Assembly (NCBI GenBank): GCA_950097015.1
Contig: CATNEN010000038.1
Location: forward strand, 7,812,001-7,876,000
Source of the DNA: Macrostomum hystrix
Lineage: Eukaryota > Animalia > Platyhelminthes
Direction: 5' to 3'
DNA length: 64,000 bases
The translations under genes were made by a program, and so were the position numbers. Below the pieces are notes generated by a model. It had not been told where the DNA came from. It was given only the letters and a program-made list of their open reading frames with translations, and did not search any database. This document shows positions 1 through 11,633 of this stretch, one piece after another (the stretch's first letter is position 1; every line of letters begins with the position of its first letter).

Positions 1-3000
1 TGCCGACAAACCGGGGGCGAACGAACGGTCGAGATTGCGAATGCTGCGATTCGGGTCCACGCTGTAGGTCTTGCCGTCTATGCTTACCGACATCTCGCGG
101 CTGTTTGTATCGAATTTGACGCTGAATAGCGGCACCAGGATGGCGTGGATTCGCAACTTCACTAGCAGCACCTGCAAACACCGGAGTACTGTGTCAGGCC
201 TGCCATTCCCACTGCATCATGACAGCACTGTGTCAGGCCTGCCATTCTCACTGCATCATGACAGCACTGTGTCAGGCCTGCCATTCCCACTGCATCATGA
301 CAGTACTGTGTCAGGCCTGCCATTCCCACTGCATCATGACAGTACTGTGTCAGGCCTGCCATTCCCACTGCATCATGACAGCACTTTGTCAGGCCTGCCA
401 TTCCCACTGCATCATGACAGTACTGTGTCAGGCCTGCCATTCTCACTGCATCATGACAGTACTGTGTCAGGCCTGCCATTCTCACTGCATCATGACAGCA
501 CTGTGTCAGGCCTGCCATTCTCACTGCATCATGACAGCACTGTGTCAGGCCTGCCATTCTCACTGCATCATGACAGCACTGTGTCAGGCCTGCCATTCCT
601 ACTGCATCATGACAGCACTGTGTCAGGCCTGCCATTCCCACTGCATCATGACAGTACTGTGTCAGGCCTGCCATTCCCACTGCATCATGACAGTACTGTG
701 TCAGGCCTGCCATTCCCACTGCATCATGACAGCACTGTGTCAGGCCTGCCATTCTCACTGCATCATGACAGCACTGTGTCAGGCCTGCCATTCTCACTGC
801 ATCATGACAGCACTGTGTCAGGCCTGCCATTCTCACTGCATCATGACAGCACTGTGTCAGGCCTGCCATTCTCACTGCATCATGACAGCACTGTGTCAGG
901 CCTGCCATTCCCACTGCATCATGACAGCACTGTGTCAGGCCTGCCATTCTCACTGCATCATGACAGCACTGTGTCAGGCCTGCCATTCTCACTGCATCAT
1001 GACAGCACTGTCAGGCCTGCCATTCTCACTGCATCATGACAGCACTGTGTCAGGCCTGCCATTCTCACTGCATCATAACAGCACTGTGTCAGGCCTGCCA
1101 TTCCCACTGCATCATGACAGCACTGTGTCAGGCCTGCCATTCTCACTGCATCATAACAGCACTGTGTCAGGCCTGCCATTCCCACTGCATCATGACAGCA
1201 CTGTGTCAGGCATGTTAGCAGAATCAAATACATCAAAATTTAGCTAAGAGCAACAGAAGCATAAAGATTATTGAGGACAGTGGAACTTGTCCGTAAATAT
1301 AAATCAAGTGAGATACACTTTCTGTGATTAAGGGCCTAGAGACAGAATCCATGTGGATTTTCACCTTGAAACTGACTCCACTAAACAAGTAAACGACAAC
1401 TGCATTTCAAAGCCTCCGCTAAGTTTATTAAAAAACGACAGCGGGCTCAATAAATAATGTGCTACAGGAATACAGGCCTGGATAAAGCCTGATTAGTCCT
1501 TAAGGCCCGTTGCGACCTTCAAGAAAGACCCGCAGCCTAATAGAGAACGGCGCGTGCGACAATAGAACCGGATAGAGAACAATAGATCAGCATGTGAGAT
1601 CAAATACAAATACCGGGCTGCACAACTGCAGCTGCTAACCCATGCACTGACGGCACACACAACTGACAAAACTGATCTGACAGCACACACAACTGACAAA
1701 ACTGATCTGACAGCACACACAACTGACACAGCTGATCTGACAGCACACACAACTGACAAAACTGATCTGACAGCACACACAACTGACAAAACTGATCTGA
1801 CAGCACACACAACTGACACAGCTGATCTGACAGCACACACAACTGACAAAACTGATCTGACAGCACACACAACTGACAAAACTGATCTGACAGCACACAC
1901 AACTGACAAAACTGATCTGACAGCACACACAACTGACAAAACTGATCTGACAGCACACACAACTGACAAAACTGGTCTGACAGCACACACAACTGACACA
2001 GCTGATCTGACAGCACACACAACTGACACAGCTGATCTGACAGCACACACAACTGATACAGCTGATCTGACAGCACACACAACTGACAAAACTGATCTGA
2101 CAGCACACACAACTGACAAAACTGATCTGACAGCACACACAACTGACACAGCTGATCTGACAGCACACACAACTGACAAAACTGATCTGACAGCACACAC
2201 AACTGACAAAACTGATCTGACAGCACACACAACTGACAAAACTGGTCTGACAGCACACACAACTGACACAGCTGATCTGACAGCACACACAACTGATACA
2301 GCTGATCTGACAGCACACACAACTGACACAGCGGATCTGTCAGCACATTGCACAGCTAACAGCAAGGCACTTACAGAATGCTCAGGCCTCCAACCGAGCG
2401 ACTGCTTGAAGAAGTCAGACGTCATAAAGGTCTTGCAGAAGCGAATGGCTGGCTGTATGAAGATCTCGAGTTGGTAGATCATTTCATTCCAGTTTTCTAA
2501 GTGCTCGGACAAGCCGCGGTTGAGGTCGTGGTTTAAACTGAAGGGCACGGACATGTCAGAAGAAGTGCAGTCTTTAATAAGGTCGCCAATTTTCACGATA
2601 AAATCGGCTTCCACTGGGGTGCGATCTTCGCCGTAGTAATTAGCCACCTGTTCGTGAGTTGCAGTGGATGGCAGCGATAACATTAGCTTATATCTTTGCC
2701 AGTTAAATTTAACTTTTTATTGTAACTTCCTTAGTTCCTCTGTTGTCTACTCAATTAACATAACAATTTCCCTCTGTAACAAATATCAATTTTCCCCGGT
2801 TTCGTAGTAACCTTTACAATAATCCTTTTTCTTCTCAGTGTCTCCTGTTGACTTGGAAATTTCCCTGTCATCTTCCCAATTTCCAGTCATCTTGATAATT
2901 TCCTTTTCATATTGTTATTTCCTAGTCATCACGATAATTTTTTGTCACATAGATAATTTCCTCGTCAAATTAATACTTTCTTGATCATTTCCTTGTCATC

Positions 3001-5946
3001 TTGATAATTTTAGTCATATTGATAATTTCCTTGTCAAATTGATAATTTCCTTGCCATATTGATTATTTCCTTGCCATATAGATAATTTCCTTGTCAAATT
3101 GATAATTTCCTTGTCAAATTGATAATTTCCTTGTCAAATTGAAAATTTCCTTGTCAAATTGAAAATTTCCGTGTCAAATTGATAATTTCCTTGCCATATT
3201 GATAATTTCCTTGATATATAGATAATTTCCTTGTCAAATTGATAATTTCCTTGTCAAATTGAAAATTTCCTTGTCAAATTGAAAATTTCCGTGTCAAATT
3301 GATAATTTCCTTGTCATATTGATTATTTCCTTGTCATATTGATTATTTCCTTGTCATATTGATTATTTCCTTGTCATATTGATTTTTTCCTTGTCATAAT
3401 GATTTTCCATGACATCTTGCTCATTCCCCTGTTGTCTTGCTCATTCCCCTGTTGTCTTGCTCATTCCCGTGTTGTCTTGCCCATTCCCCTGTTGTCTCGC
3501 CCATTCCCCTGTTGTCTAGCCCATTCCCCTGTTGTCTTGCCCATTCCCCTGTTGTCTTGCCCATTCCCCTGTTGTCTTGCCCATTCCCTGTTGTCTTGCC
3601 CATTCCCCTGTTGTCTAGCCCATTCCCCTGTTGTCTCGCCGATTCCCCTGTTGTCTAGCCCATTCCCCTGTTGTCTTGCCCATTCCCCTGTTGTCTAGCC
3701 CATTCCCCTGTTGTCTTGCTCATTCCCCTGTTGTCTTGCCCATTCCCCTGTTGTCTTGCCCATTCCCCTGTTGTCTTGCCCATTCCCCTGTTGTCTTGCC
3801 CATTCCCCTGTTGTCTTGCCCATTCCCCTGTTGTCTTGCCCATTCCCTGTTGTCTTGCCCATTCCCCTGTTGTCTTGCTCATTCCCCTGTTGTCTTGCCC
3901 ATTCCCCTGTTGTCTTGCCCATTCCCCTGTTGTCTTGCCCATTCCCCTGTTGTCTTGCCCATTCCCCTGTTGTCTTGCCCATTCCCCTGTTGTCTTGCCC
4001 ATTCCCCTGTTGTCTTGCCCATTCCCCTGTTGTCTTGCCCATTCCCTGTTGTCTTGCTCATTCCCCTGTTGTCTTGCCCATTCCCCTGTTGTCTTGCTCA
4101 TTCCCCTGTTGTCTTGCCCATTCCCCTGTTGTCTTGCCCATTCCCTGTTGTCTTGCCCATTCCCCTGTTGTCTTGCCCATTCCCTGTTGTCTTGCTCATT
4201 CCCCTGTTGTCTTGCTCATTCCCCTGTTGTCTTGCCCATTCCCCTGTTGTCTTGCCCATTCCCCTGTTGTCTTGCCCATTCCCCTGTTGTCTTGCCCATT
4301 CCCCTGTTGTCTTGCCCATTCCCCTGTTGTCTTGCCCATTCCCTGTTGTCTTGCTCATTCCCCTGTTGTCTTGCCCATTCCCCTGTTGTCTTGCTCATTC
4401 CCCTGTTGTCTTGCCCATTCCCCTGTTGTCTTGCCCATTCCCTGTTGTCTTGCCCATTCCCCTGTTGTCTTGCCCATTCCCTGTTGTCTTGCTCATTCCC
4501 CTGTTGTCTTGCTCATTCCCCTGTTGTCTTGCCCATTCCCCTGTTGTCTTGCCCATTCCCCTGTTGTCTTGCTCATTCCCCTGTTGTCTTGCCCATTCCC
4601 CTGTTGTCTTGCCCATTCCCTGTTGTCTTGCCCATTCCCCTGTTGTCTTGCTCATTCCCCTGTTGTCTTGCCCATTCCCCTGTTGTCTTGCCCATTCCCC
4701 TGTTGTCTTGCCCATTCCCCTGTTGTCTTGCCCATTCCCTGTTGTCTTGCCCATTCCCCTGTTGTCTTGCTCATTCCCCTGTTGTCTTGCCCATTCCCCT
4801 GTTGTCTTGCCCATTCCCCTGTTGTCTTGCCCATTCCCCTGTTGTCTTGCCCATTCCCTGTTGTCTTGCCCATTCCCCTGTTGTCTTGCTCATTCCCCTG
4901 TTGTCTTGCCCATTTCCCTGTTGTCTTGCCCATTCCCTGTTATCTCGCCGATTCCCCTGTTTTCTTGCTAATTAGCCCTCTTTCCAACACAAATGCTTTG
5001 GCTTATCTCTCAAATTCTCTCTGCAAGCACATCCACTTTCCCAGTACAGTATTAACCCGCCCTAGATGAGAAGCCTGCCTTGAGAAGGGCGTCCTTCCAG
5101 TTGGGCACGGGCTTGGTGGGAATCTCCATCTCGGAGAAGGCGCTGCTGAAGGCGCCACGGCTGCCACTGCTGCAGCCAGCGTCGTCGAAGCTGCCGCTTC
5201 GATAGCGCTTCTCTGGCGGTACTTCGTGCTCCAATTTAGCAGTGACAGCATTAGGAGCGGAGCCGAGACTCTAAAGGTTTCGGCAAGTGACAGAGGGTGA
5301 CGTGAGATATCGAACTAGATATAAAACATAAAAACTACACGTAGCCTTCAAGACTTTGCCATGGACTGGGAGAGGGTCACACCCTTTATCTTCGCTATGC
5401 TCAAGGATCTCAAGAGTTAAAGTCCGCAGTTCTGACTATCGAATTGGGTTACAATGTCCCTTCACTTTGAGGTTGGAATTAGAAAATGAGAAATAAGATA
5501 TCTACCGCTGCTGAGGCCTGGTGATGCTGCGGCGACGGCGGAGAGTTCAGTTTGAGACCGGCCTCGAGGCAGAGCCGAAATCGGCAGGCCCGGCACTGCT
5601 TGCGGGTCTCGACTGTCAGCTCGCAGGCGTTGTCGCCCTGGCTGCAGGTGTGCTCGCGCCCGATGCTGCGTCGAAAGAAGGCCTTGCAGGAGTCGCAGCA
5701 GACAGGGTCTCCGCCAGCTTGCTCGGCGTAGTCGCCGCAGACGGCGCACGACCGTCCAGTATCGATGTCAACGCCCTGACAGGACGGCTGGTGGGGCAGC
5801 GGCAGCGAAGGATTCTGCGGAGGCGGCATCGGCTGCAGCGGTGGCGGGGACTCGGAGGCAGGGTCGCTAGATTCATTGTGACGACGCTTGCGACTGCCTA
5901 GATCAGCGGCTAGGGAGGCATTGTCTGGCAATTTGTCATCAGTCAT
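1..5946 (-). CDS. Nuclear hormone receptor, divergent NR1J/HR96-like; multi-exon, 3' end outside the window. Exons approx. 5506-5946, 5057-5270, 2375-~2690, <1-171
   Basis: Two C4 fingers CAVCGD...CDSCKAFFRRS...CSQGDNAC...RKQCRACRFRLCLEAGL in 5506-5946. Phase-0 GT-AG join to 5057-5270. LBD helix-3-like IQPAIRFCKTF (exon ending 2375, donor GTAAGT) joins in phase 0 to helix-4/5-like VLLVKLRIHAILVPLFSVKFD (exon starting 171 after TTTGCAG). The phase of the exon 2/exon 3 junction is unresolved. Confidence 0.85.
185..1211. repeat. Intronic minisatellite, 39-bp unit (GTGTCAGGCCTGCCATTCYCACTGCATCATGACAGYACT), ~26 copies
   Basis: Direct tandem repetition; lies in nuclear receptor intron 172-2374 next to the acceptor. 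Confidence 0.98.
1646..2346. repeat. Intronic minisatellite, 30-bp unit (CAGCACACACAACTGACAAAACTGATCTGA), ~23 copies
   Basis: Direct tandem repetition; begins ~30 bp inside the donor at 2374. Confidence 0.98.
2990..3410. repeat. Intronic minisatellite, 20-bp unit (GATAATTTCCTTGTCAAATT), ~20 copies with degenerate left edge
   Basis: Direct tandem repetition. Confidence 0.95.
3413..4968. repeat. Intronic minisatellite, 19/20-bp unit (CCCATTCCCCTGTTGTCTTG), ~78 copies
   Basis: Direct tandem repetition. Confidence 0.98.
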
Positions 5947-6267
5947 GCTGGTTTGATCGCTTGTATTTAATTCTGAGAAATAGTTTGCTTTTTAATATTA
6001 TTTTTAATTCTGGAAAAAAAATTGTTGCAGATTACCAATGTGTCTACAATATTGCTTTCACAAAAATAAGTATGACGATAACTTGAGCTTAATTAATGCT
6101 GGCTGTCTACCTCGAAAAAATTTATAATTTAATAACAAAAAACTGACAAAAGCTTAATATTCATAGCTTTATTTATGAGCACAGGTACTTGGTAAAACAG
6201 ATAAACAACTAATTTAAAAAGTTTTGTGGCACGTTTTGTTTTGACTTTAACTTCCTGGCAATGATTC

Positions 6268-6433
6268 AGGGTGAGTGGCAGAGCAGTTAATGCAACTGCC
6301 TCTTGTTGAGCCAAGGTCTCTGAGCTCGATTCCACAGCAAGGCCACATTTATTTTGGGCCAACTTCCAAGGCACAGTAAAAGTTTACACTGCCTGGTAAT
6401 GAGAAAGTCAGGACAAATGTGCACACCTGTGAG
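6268..6433 (+). mobile_element. tRNA-derived SINE copy 1 (internally deleted; interrupted by a TIR element at 6434)
   Basis: GGGTGAGTGGCAGAGCAGTTAATGC...GAGCTCGATTCC head and CCAAGGCACAGT...CACTGCCTGGTAATGAGAAAGTCAGG body match the copies at 56759-57120 and 61768-62206. Confidence 0.8.
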
Positions 6434-7232
6434 CCCTAATGGAGCAAATTAAAAAAAGCTGCTAGGCGCGCAGTTGGTTTCAAGAAAAAGAGTGCAGATG
6501 CACAATTGCTATATATCTTCAGTCTGACTCAATGTAGTGATTGATTTCGCAAAAAATGACCTTTTTTGATCTCCAAAGTGTATTTCTAAAAATAGAACAG
6601 CTACATGGTGATTTTGCAAAATATGGACGCATATACCAAATGACCTTTTTTGATCTCTGTAGTGTATTTCTATAATTACAACAGCTAAGGTTATGTCTTT
6701 TTGCACTCGGGCACTGTGGAGCATGTAGTTGTGTTTGCAAATAAATGTGTGCCACTCCAAAAAAAATCTCTGTAACTGTGCCTGGCTAGAATTGCACCTA
6801 CATGTACATGTAAGTTTATTTTAATATGTAAATGTATACCTAAGCAAACAATAGCGTGGATGTACTGCAGGGGTGCACACTGCTATACCATGTGCACTTA
6901 CATGTACATTTAAATGTATTTTATAATGTGTCGTAATGTACATACATTTAAACACACAAGTTGCAAGTACAGAGGCACTGGCATTCACTACTAGCATCGC
7001 ATCTATATGTAAATGTATTACAAAATATAAATTTATAAAGAACACAAAATTGTTAGTGTAGGGGCACAAGGGTGCACTGTTTGTTATACATCTACTCATA
7101 CATACTTCGACAACTTTACGCACACAAGGCGCTGCCAAGCGGACAGAAATTTCTTTCTGCGCAGCCGCGCAGGCAATTTTTCACAAGCGCGCCGGATGCT
7201 GTCCTCGAAAACCTTTATTGGCTCCAATAGGG
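6434..7232. mobile_element. Non-autonomous DNA transposon (799 bp) with TIRs and 8-bp TSD
   Basis: Left end CCCTAATGGAGCAAAT and right end (reverse complement) CCCTATTGGAGCCAAT; flanked by CCTGTGAG at 6426-6433 and 7233-7240. Confidence 0.8.
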
Positions 7233-7359
7233 CCTGTGAGCGTTGCTTGTGGGAGAAAGACCTATTTTCTTGTGGGAGAGAAAAATGACAGTTTTTACTG
7301 TTGAGTGAAATTGTGAAACATTTGCTAATTTTGTTTTATTAATTAAGAAACTGATAGCT

Positions 7360-7705
7360 AAAGGATTGGTGATTGGTTATAATTTCAGTGATTTAAGATG
7401 CCATGCCTTGGCTCTATGTCTACATGTTGTCTATTGTTTCTATTGCTTGGATGACCAGAATGTTACCTATGTAGGAAAGACCAAAAGACACTAGAGCCAG
7501 CAAGCATTGGCTCAAACCATGGGCTATCCAACCCAACTAGGAATGCAACAGTTGCTCTAATAATTTTTTTGCATGTATTGACCACCAATGCCCATAAAAA
7601 ACTAACTAAAGATCTTATAAGCCTTGAACATCAAAACCGAATCACCTACCCTCATAAAGCAGCCCCAACAAAGCAGCAAAGGTAATGTTCTACAGATTTG
7701 CTAAT
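7360..7705 (+). pseudogene. Degenerate Penelope-like retroelement GIY-YIG endonuclease fragment
   Basis: 7426-7494 translates VVYCFYCLDDQNVTYVGKTKRH* (VVY..C....YxGKTKRHL motif); 7621-7662 translates ALNIKTESPTLIKQ (EALxIK...PxLNxQ motif); disrupted by stops and deletions. Confidence 0.7.
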
Positions 7706-10156
7706 GCTGAGTCAGAGAGAACTGACTACTTCTATGCTCAATTACACTTTGTTCTCCACTCATTGGACTGTGCCAAGACCATTGGAATATCAACCTCTAA
7801 CAACTTTTTATATATATGAAATATGGTCCTCTTATCCCTACCCTTTTGTTATTTGTTATATTGATTTACAAATCATCTTTATATGTTCTTTATTTGTTTT
7901 ATGGGTGGGTAGATGTGAGAATAGTAGAGGCCACACTGGCAGTCAATTAATTCCATCTCAAATCCAAAGCTTAAACTAAAAATTGCTTTACAGGCCCATA
8001 TGCTCAATTAGTCTTATTTTAGTGGGCAAGAAAAATATTTTTTTTCTCTTTATAGAAAATACAATAAAATACTTTAACCTATTCATAGTAGCCTTGTTGC
8101 TAGATGCTGCCGCTGGATTTGCCACTGATCAGCAATGCACTTCCAATTGCATATCAGAAAGGGGTTATATCTCAACATCCTCTCATCTGTGGAGCTAGTC
8201 AGAGTTGGGCAGTCTTTGTTATGCATCTTCCAGTTTCATTGTAGACTATTGCAGTTTTTTGGTCCTTTCGGTTTCTAAATAGACAATTCCAGTGCTGCTA
8301 AGTGAGTTAGCTATGTAAAAATCTAGGCCTAATTAGCCTAACAATACTTGTTGAAGCCTTTTTTCCTGTTAGACCTACCAATAATTCATCACAAAAAGTA
8401 AAATGTACAATAATTTTGCAAACAAAAAACCACACTATCTAAATTTAGAGCCTATAGCCTAAATGCAAAGAATTTACTTAACAGTTGCAAAAAGCATCCA
8501 ATATTATTATTATTATGGGTATGGCCAATAGCTAATGGAATTAGCAATTTGGACTTGGTTAACAAACTTTCCTAAACTTCATGCTTCATACAGGTTAGCC
8601 AGTTATAAAAAATTGACATCCAGGATCCAAAAATTTTTGGATCCAGGCCACGTAAAAATCTAGCTGAGGCTGCTGAGCCAACACTGCATGAAATAATTAA
8701 CACTTAAAGTAGGCATAACACAAATTTAGCAAGCCAGCAAGCTGCTTTGATTTTAACTGGCATCGGCATGGTATTAAACTATATATTTCCACTACTCTGT
8801 TCACATTCGCAACAGCATTTTTTAAAAACGTGCTTTGGTTCTGGTTCTGAAATTAGGGCCTAGGAACAAAAAATGTTTAAAATGTCTTATTTAACTTAAA
8901 TACAGAGGTTCCCAGGTCAGGAGCATTGTTTCGTAAAATAAATGACAAGCATTCGGTGCTTTTTATGTTAATTATACTATTTGCACTGAACGAAATAAGC
9001 TGTTCTAGATCTTGTACACGATCCCTTAAAAAGTACGCTTGTAGTTAGAGATTGTCAAAACAGTGTCGACGTGTCGCACTAACACATTTTTACATTCGAA
9101 CTAACTAACTGGCTAATAACCGTGCGAAGGGTCACAAGTTTAAATACTATTCTGTTTATTTTGTTTACTGTTGCAACTTTTTATTCTATTAAAAATCTAA
9201 ATAATATTCGAAACATTTATTCTTCTAGCATTATTTTAAAATAAAAATAACTCTTTTGCGCGTAGTATGACTTTTAATTTTTGTTATGAACATAAGTAAT
9301 TGAGTATTTTAAAAAAACTATTTCCTTCATGGAAATAAATTTTTTAACCAAGCTTTATTTCCAATTACTAATTGATCCCATGTTAAATCGGCAGTTAAAA
9401 TGCTGCATAAGTAAATATAAAAAAGCTATGCTACATAATAAGAAATACGATTTGGCTTTATATTTATTTATTATACATGACATGTGTTTTATTTTTGGGA
9501 CTATTATCTGTGTAGCTGACCATCGAACAATTGAGTGCTAAATATCATTATTTTTATACATGTTCAATTTTATGCTAATCATAGGCGCCTTATCTCGGAC
9601 AAGGCATTGGAGGTTTGCATTGCTTGCTAAACTCAATATCCATCAGTGCAATTTTTATAATAAAAAATTGACTTTAATTATACAAACCAAAGTTTTGGCA
9701 TTCTTTTCAAATAATTTGGTAATCTAGTTTTCTGATAAGTTGCATTTCAAATCAATAAGAAAACACTGGGCAATCATTTTGAAACAATAGGAAACAATGT
9801 AATAATGGGGGAAAATGGTATGATCCTTAGTCAGGAAAGTGGCAGAGTGTGCACAGAAACAAATTTTTGTCTCTCCCAAAATTGTGTAGGCCTACCATGC
9901 ACGACAAAAAACCCTTGTGTACGCCATGTGCTGGCACAGAAACCCTTGTGTGTGCCATTGTGTGCCCATCACTACCTGCCTTGCGACAATAGAAGTCCTT
10001 TTGGCTATGAGTGGAGTTCCGTTCGTTATATTATTTTGCAATTTGAAATGACTGCAGACAGGTTAAACAAGTTTTAAGACCAATGCAGCAACATTTAAAC
10101 AACACGAGGACACTCAGAAAAGTTCATCAGAGGTTCATCAGTTCCTTATCTGTTCA

Positions 10157-11060
10157 TCAAGTTGGATAATAGTGGGACACCCAATACATGAAGTTGCCGA
10201 ATGTATTGACTGGGTATAGACGGCACCACATGTACTCCTGCAGATGTGACTCAAATAGTGCATCCGATGTGCCATGCATCTGTTGTAGCCTGGCCTTGGC
10301 ATGTGCCCAGGTGCCCTCCACGGTGTTGGTGTGAACACTTGGGTCTTGCGCATTTACGAAGTTGAGCCGATGGTTCACAGAGGCATGTCCATAGCCACAT
10401 GCTGCAAGGCCGTTGTAGGCAAGCCACCCATCCGTGATGACTCGTGTGCCCGGCAGGATGTACTGTTGCAAAATGGGCAGCATAGTTTCTGCGCGACGAT
10501 CTGGTACAATAACCATCATACATTTGTTGCTCTGGCGTTCAACCATCCCGAGCACCCAGTGGCCCTCGCGGTACTGTCCAACATGGTACTTCCGATGGAA
10601 GAACTTGCTCTCGTTGACTTCAACCTCCCTGCCGGGGCCACCCATCTGCATAGGATGGTCAATCAGCACTTGGGCACAGATGTCACGGCAGAAGTTTGCC
10701 CAGTCAACCACAGTGTGATTGTCTCCACTACCTCCGATGCGACACTCTTGTCTGATGTCCTTCAGCAGCGTCTTCAGGGACCACAAGTAAATGAAGTCCA
10801 CCAGTTGGCATAGTGTCAGGTGGCTTCCCTCGAAGAATGAGCCCTTCCTGACTGACTCTTGTCCATGGCAGGTATTGCATGACCAGGCCTAGCCATCGAT
10901 GTAGCGGTCTCCCTGACGACGCTATAGGCGCATAGGTGGTGCATTAGCATAGTGGCAGCGCCGCTCATTGGCCAGCAGCTGGTACTTGGCCAGCCAGCGC
11001 ATGGTTGACAGTGTGTCCACAGTCATGGCGTGCATGTCCCGCAGTGTCTAGTCAATGTTG
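10157..11060 (-). pseudogene. DDE_Tnp_IS1595/ISXO2-like transposase pseudogene
   Basis: Motifs GGPGREVEVNESKF..RKYHVG...WVLGMVER, ILPGTRVITDGWLAY, VNHRLNFV...HTNTVEGTW and N-terminal Zn-ribbon WSCNTC..SVRKGSFFEGSHL. In-frame TAG stops at 10889-91, 10922-24 and 11048-50; first catalytic D replaced by N. Confidence 0.92.
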
Positions 11061-11354
11061 CATAGTTCCACAGCAGCCATAATCTCTCCTAGGAGAATAA
11101 TCGTCGATGGTGCAGCAGGTCGACCCGCCATCTCCAGTAGCAGCTTGGGTTGATTTGTACTTTTGATTTGTGCTGAGGCAACTTGAGCAACTTGAGCCAA
11201 TAAGGTCTTGACTTGAGCCAACAGTCAATTTTAGACCATAGACATACATATGCCAAATCGTCCGTTGCATTACCGGGCTTTTGGCACCATTTTGAAATAG
11301 AAAAATAATATAGGCTAACAAACGGAACTCCACCATAGCCATCCTTTTTATAAC

Positions 11355-11633
11355 CCATAGTCAGCAGTCAGGAAGGTGGCCTCTGAGGGGAAATTCCCAT
11401 GCACACAAAGGGTCTCGGTGCACATTGGTGCACAAGCATAGTGCACACAAAGGGTTATATAGGGTCATATACCCTTCTCATATACCCTTAGGTTAACATA
11501 GGGTGCTTTTCTGTGTACAGGGACTAGGGACAGAAACAGTTCATAGATAGGGCACAGATGGCGCACAAACGGCGCACAGATTGTCCCTCCAAAATTTATT
11601 TCCATGCATGCTGTGCCACCTTCCTGACTATGG
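11355..11633. mobile_element. 279-bp mini-element of the same Merlin-like family with 8-bp TSD
   Basis: Begins CCATAGTCAG(CAGTCAG)GAAGGTGGC and ends GCCACCTTCCTGACTATGG; flanked by TTTATAAC at 11347-11354 and 11634-11641. Confidence 0.72.

Larger units (their letters stand above)
9825..11633 (-). mobile_element. Merlin / IS1595(ISXO2)-like DNA transposon, inactive
   Basis: ~44-bp imperfect TIRs CCTTAGTCAGGAAAGTGGCAGAGTGTGCACAGAAAC (9825) and reverse-complement CCATAGTCAGGAAGGTGGCACAGCATGCATGGAAAT (ending 11633); inverted subterminal CCCTTGTGT-type repeats; encloses a transposase pseudogene; no TSD for the outer pair. Confidence 0.88.

Noticed and set aside
1365-1380. Microexon between the two arrays of nuclear receptor intron 172-2374 (TTTAG|16 nt|GTGAAA on minus)
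   Set aside because: 16 nt would shift the frame between exons that already join in phase 0.
71-5069. Long Cys/Pro-rich ORFs (e.g. 71-1039, 219-1247, 1600-2346, 3631-5069) as metallothionein- or keratin-like proteins
   Set aside because: They are open in several frames and on both strands only because the repeat units lack stops, and they lie within nuclear receptor introns.
10157-10801. Bacterial IS1595 contamination or an active transposase
   Set aside because: It is embedded in eukaryotic DNA, has eukaryotic Merlin/ISXO2-type motifs, three upstream in-frame stops and a D-to-N catalytic change.
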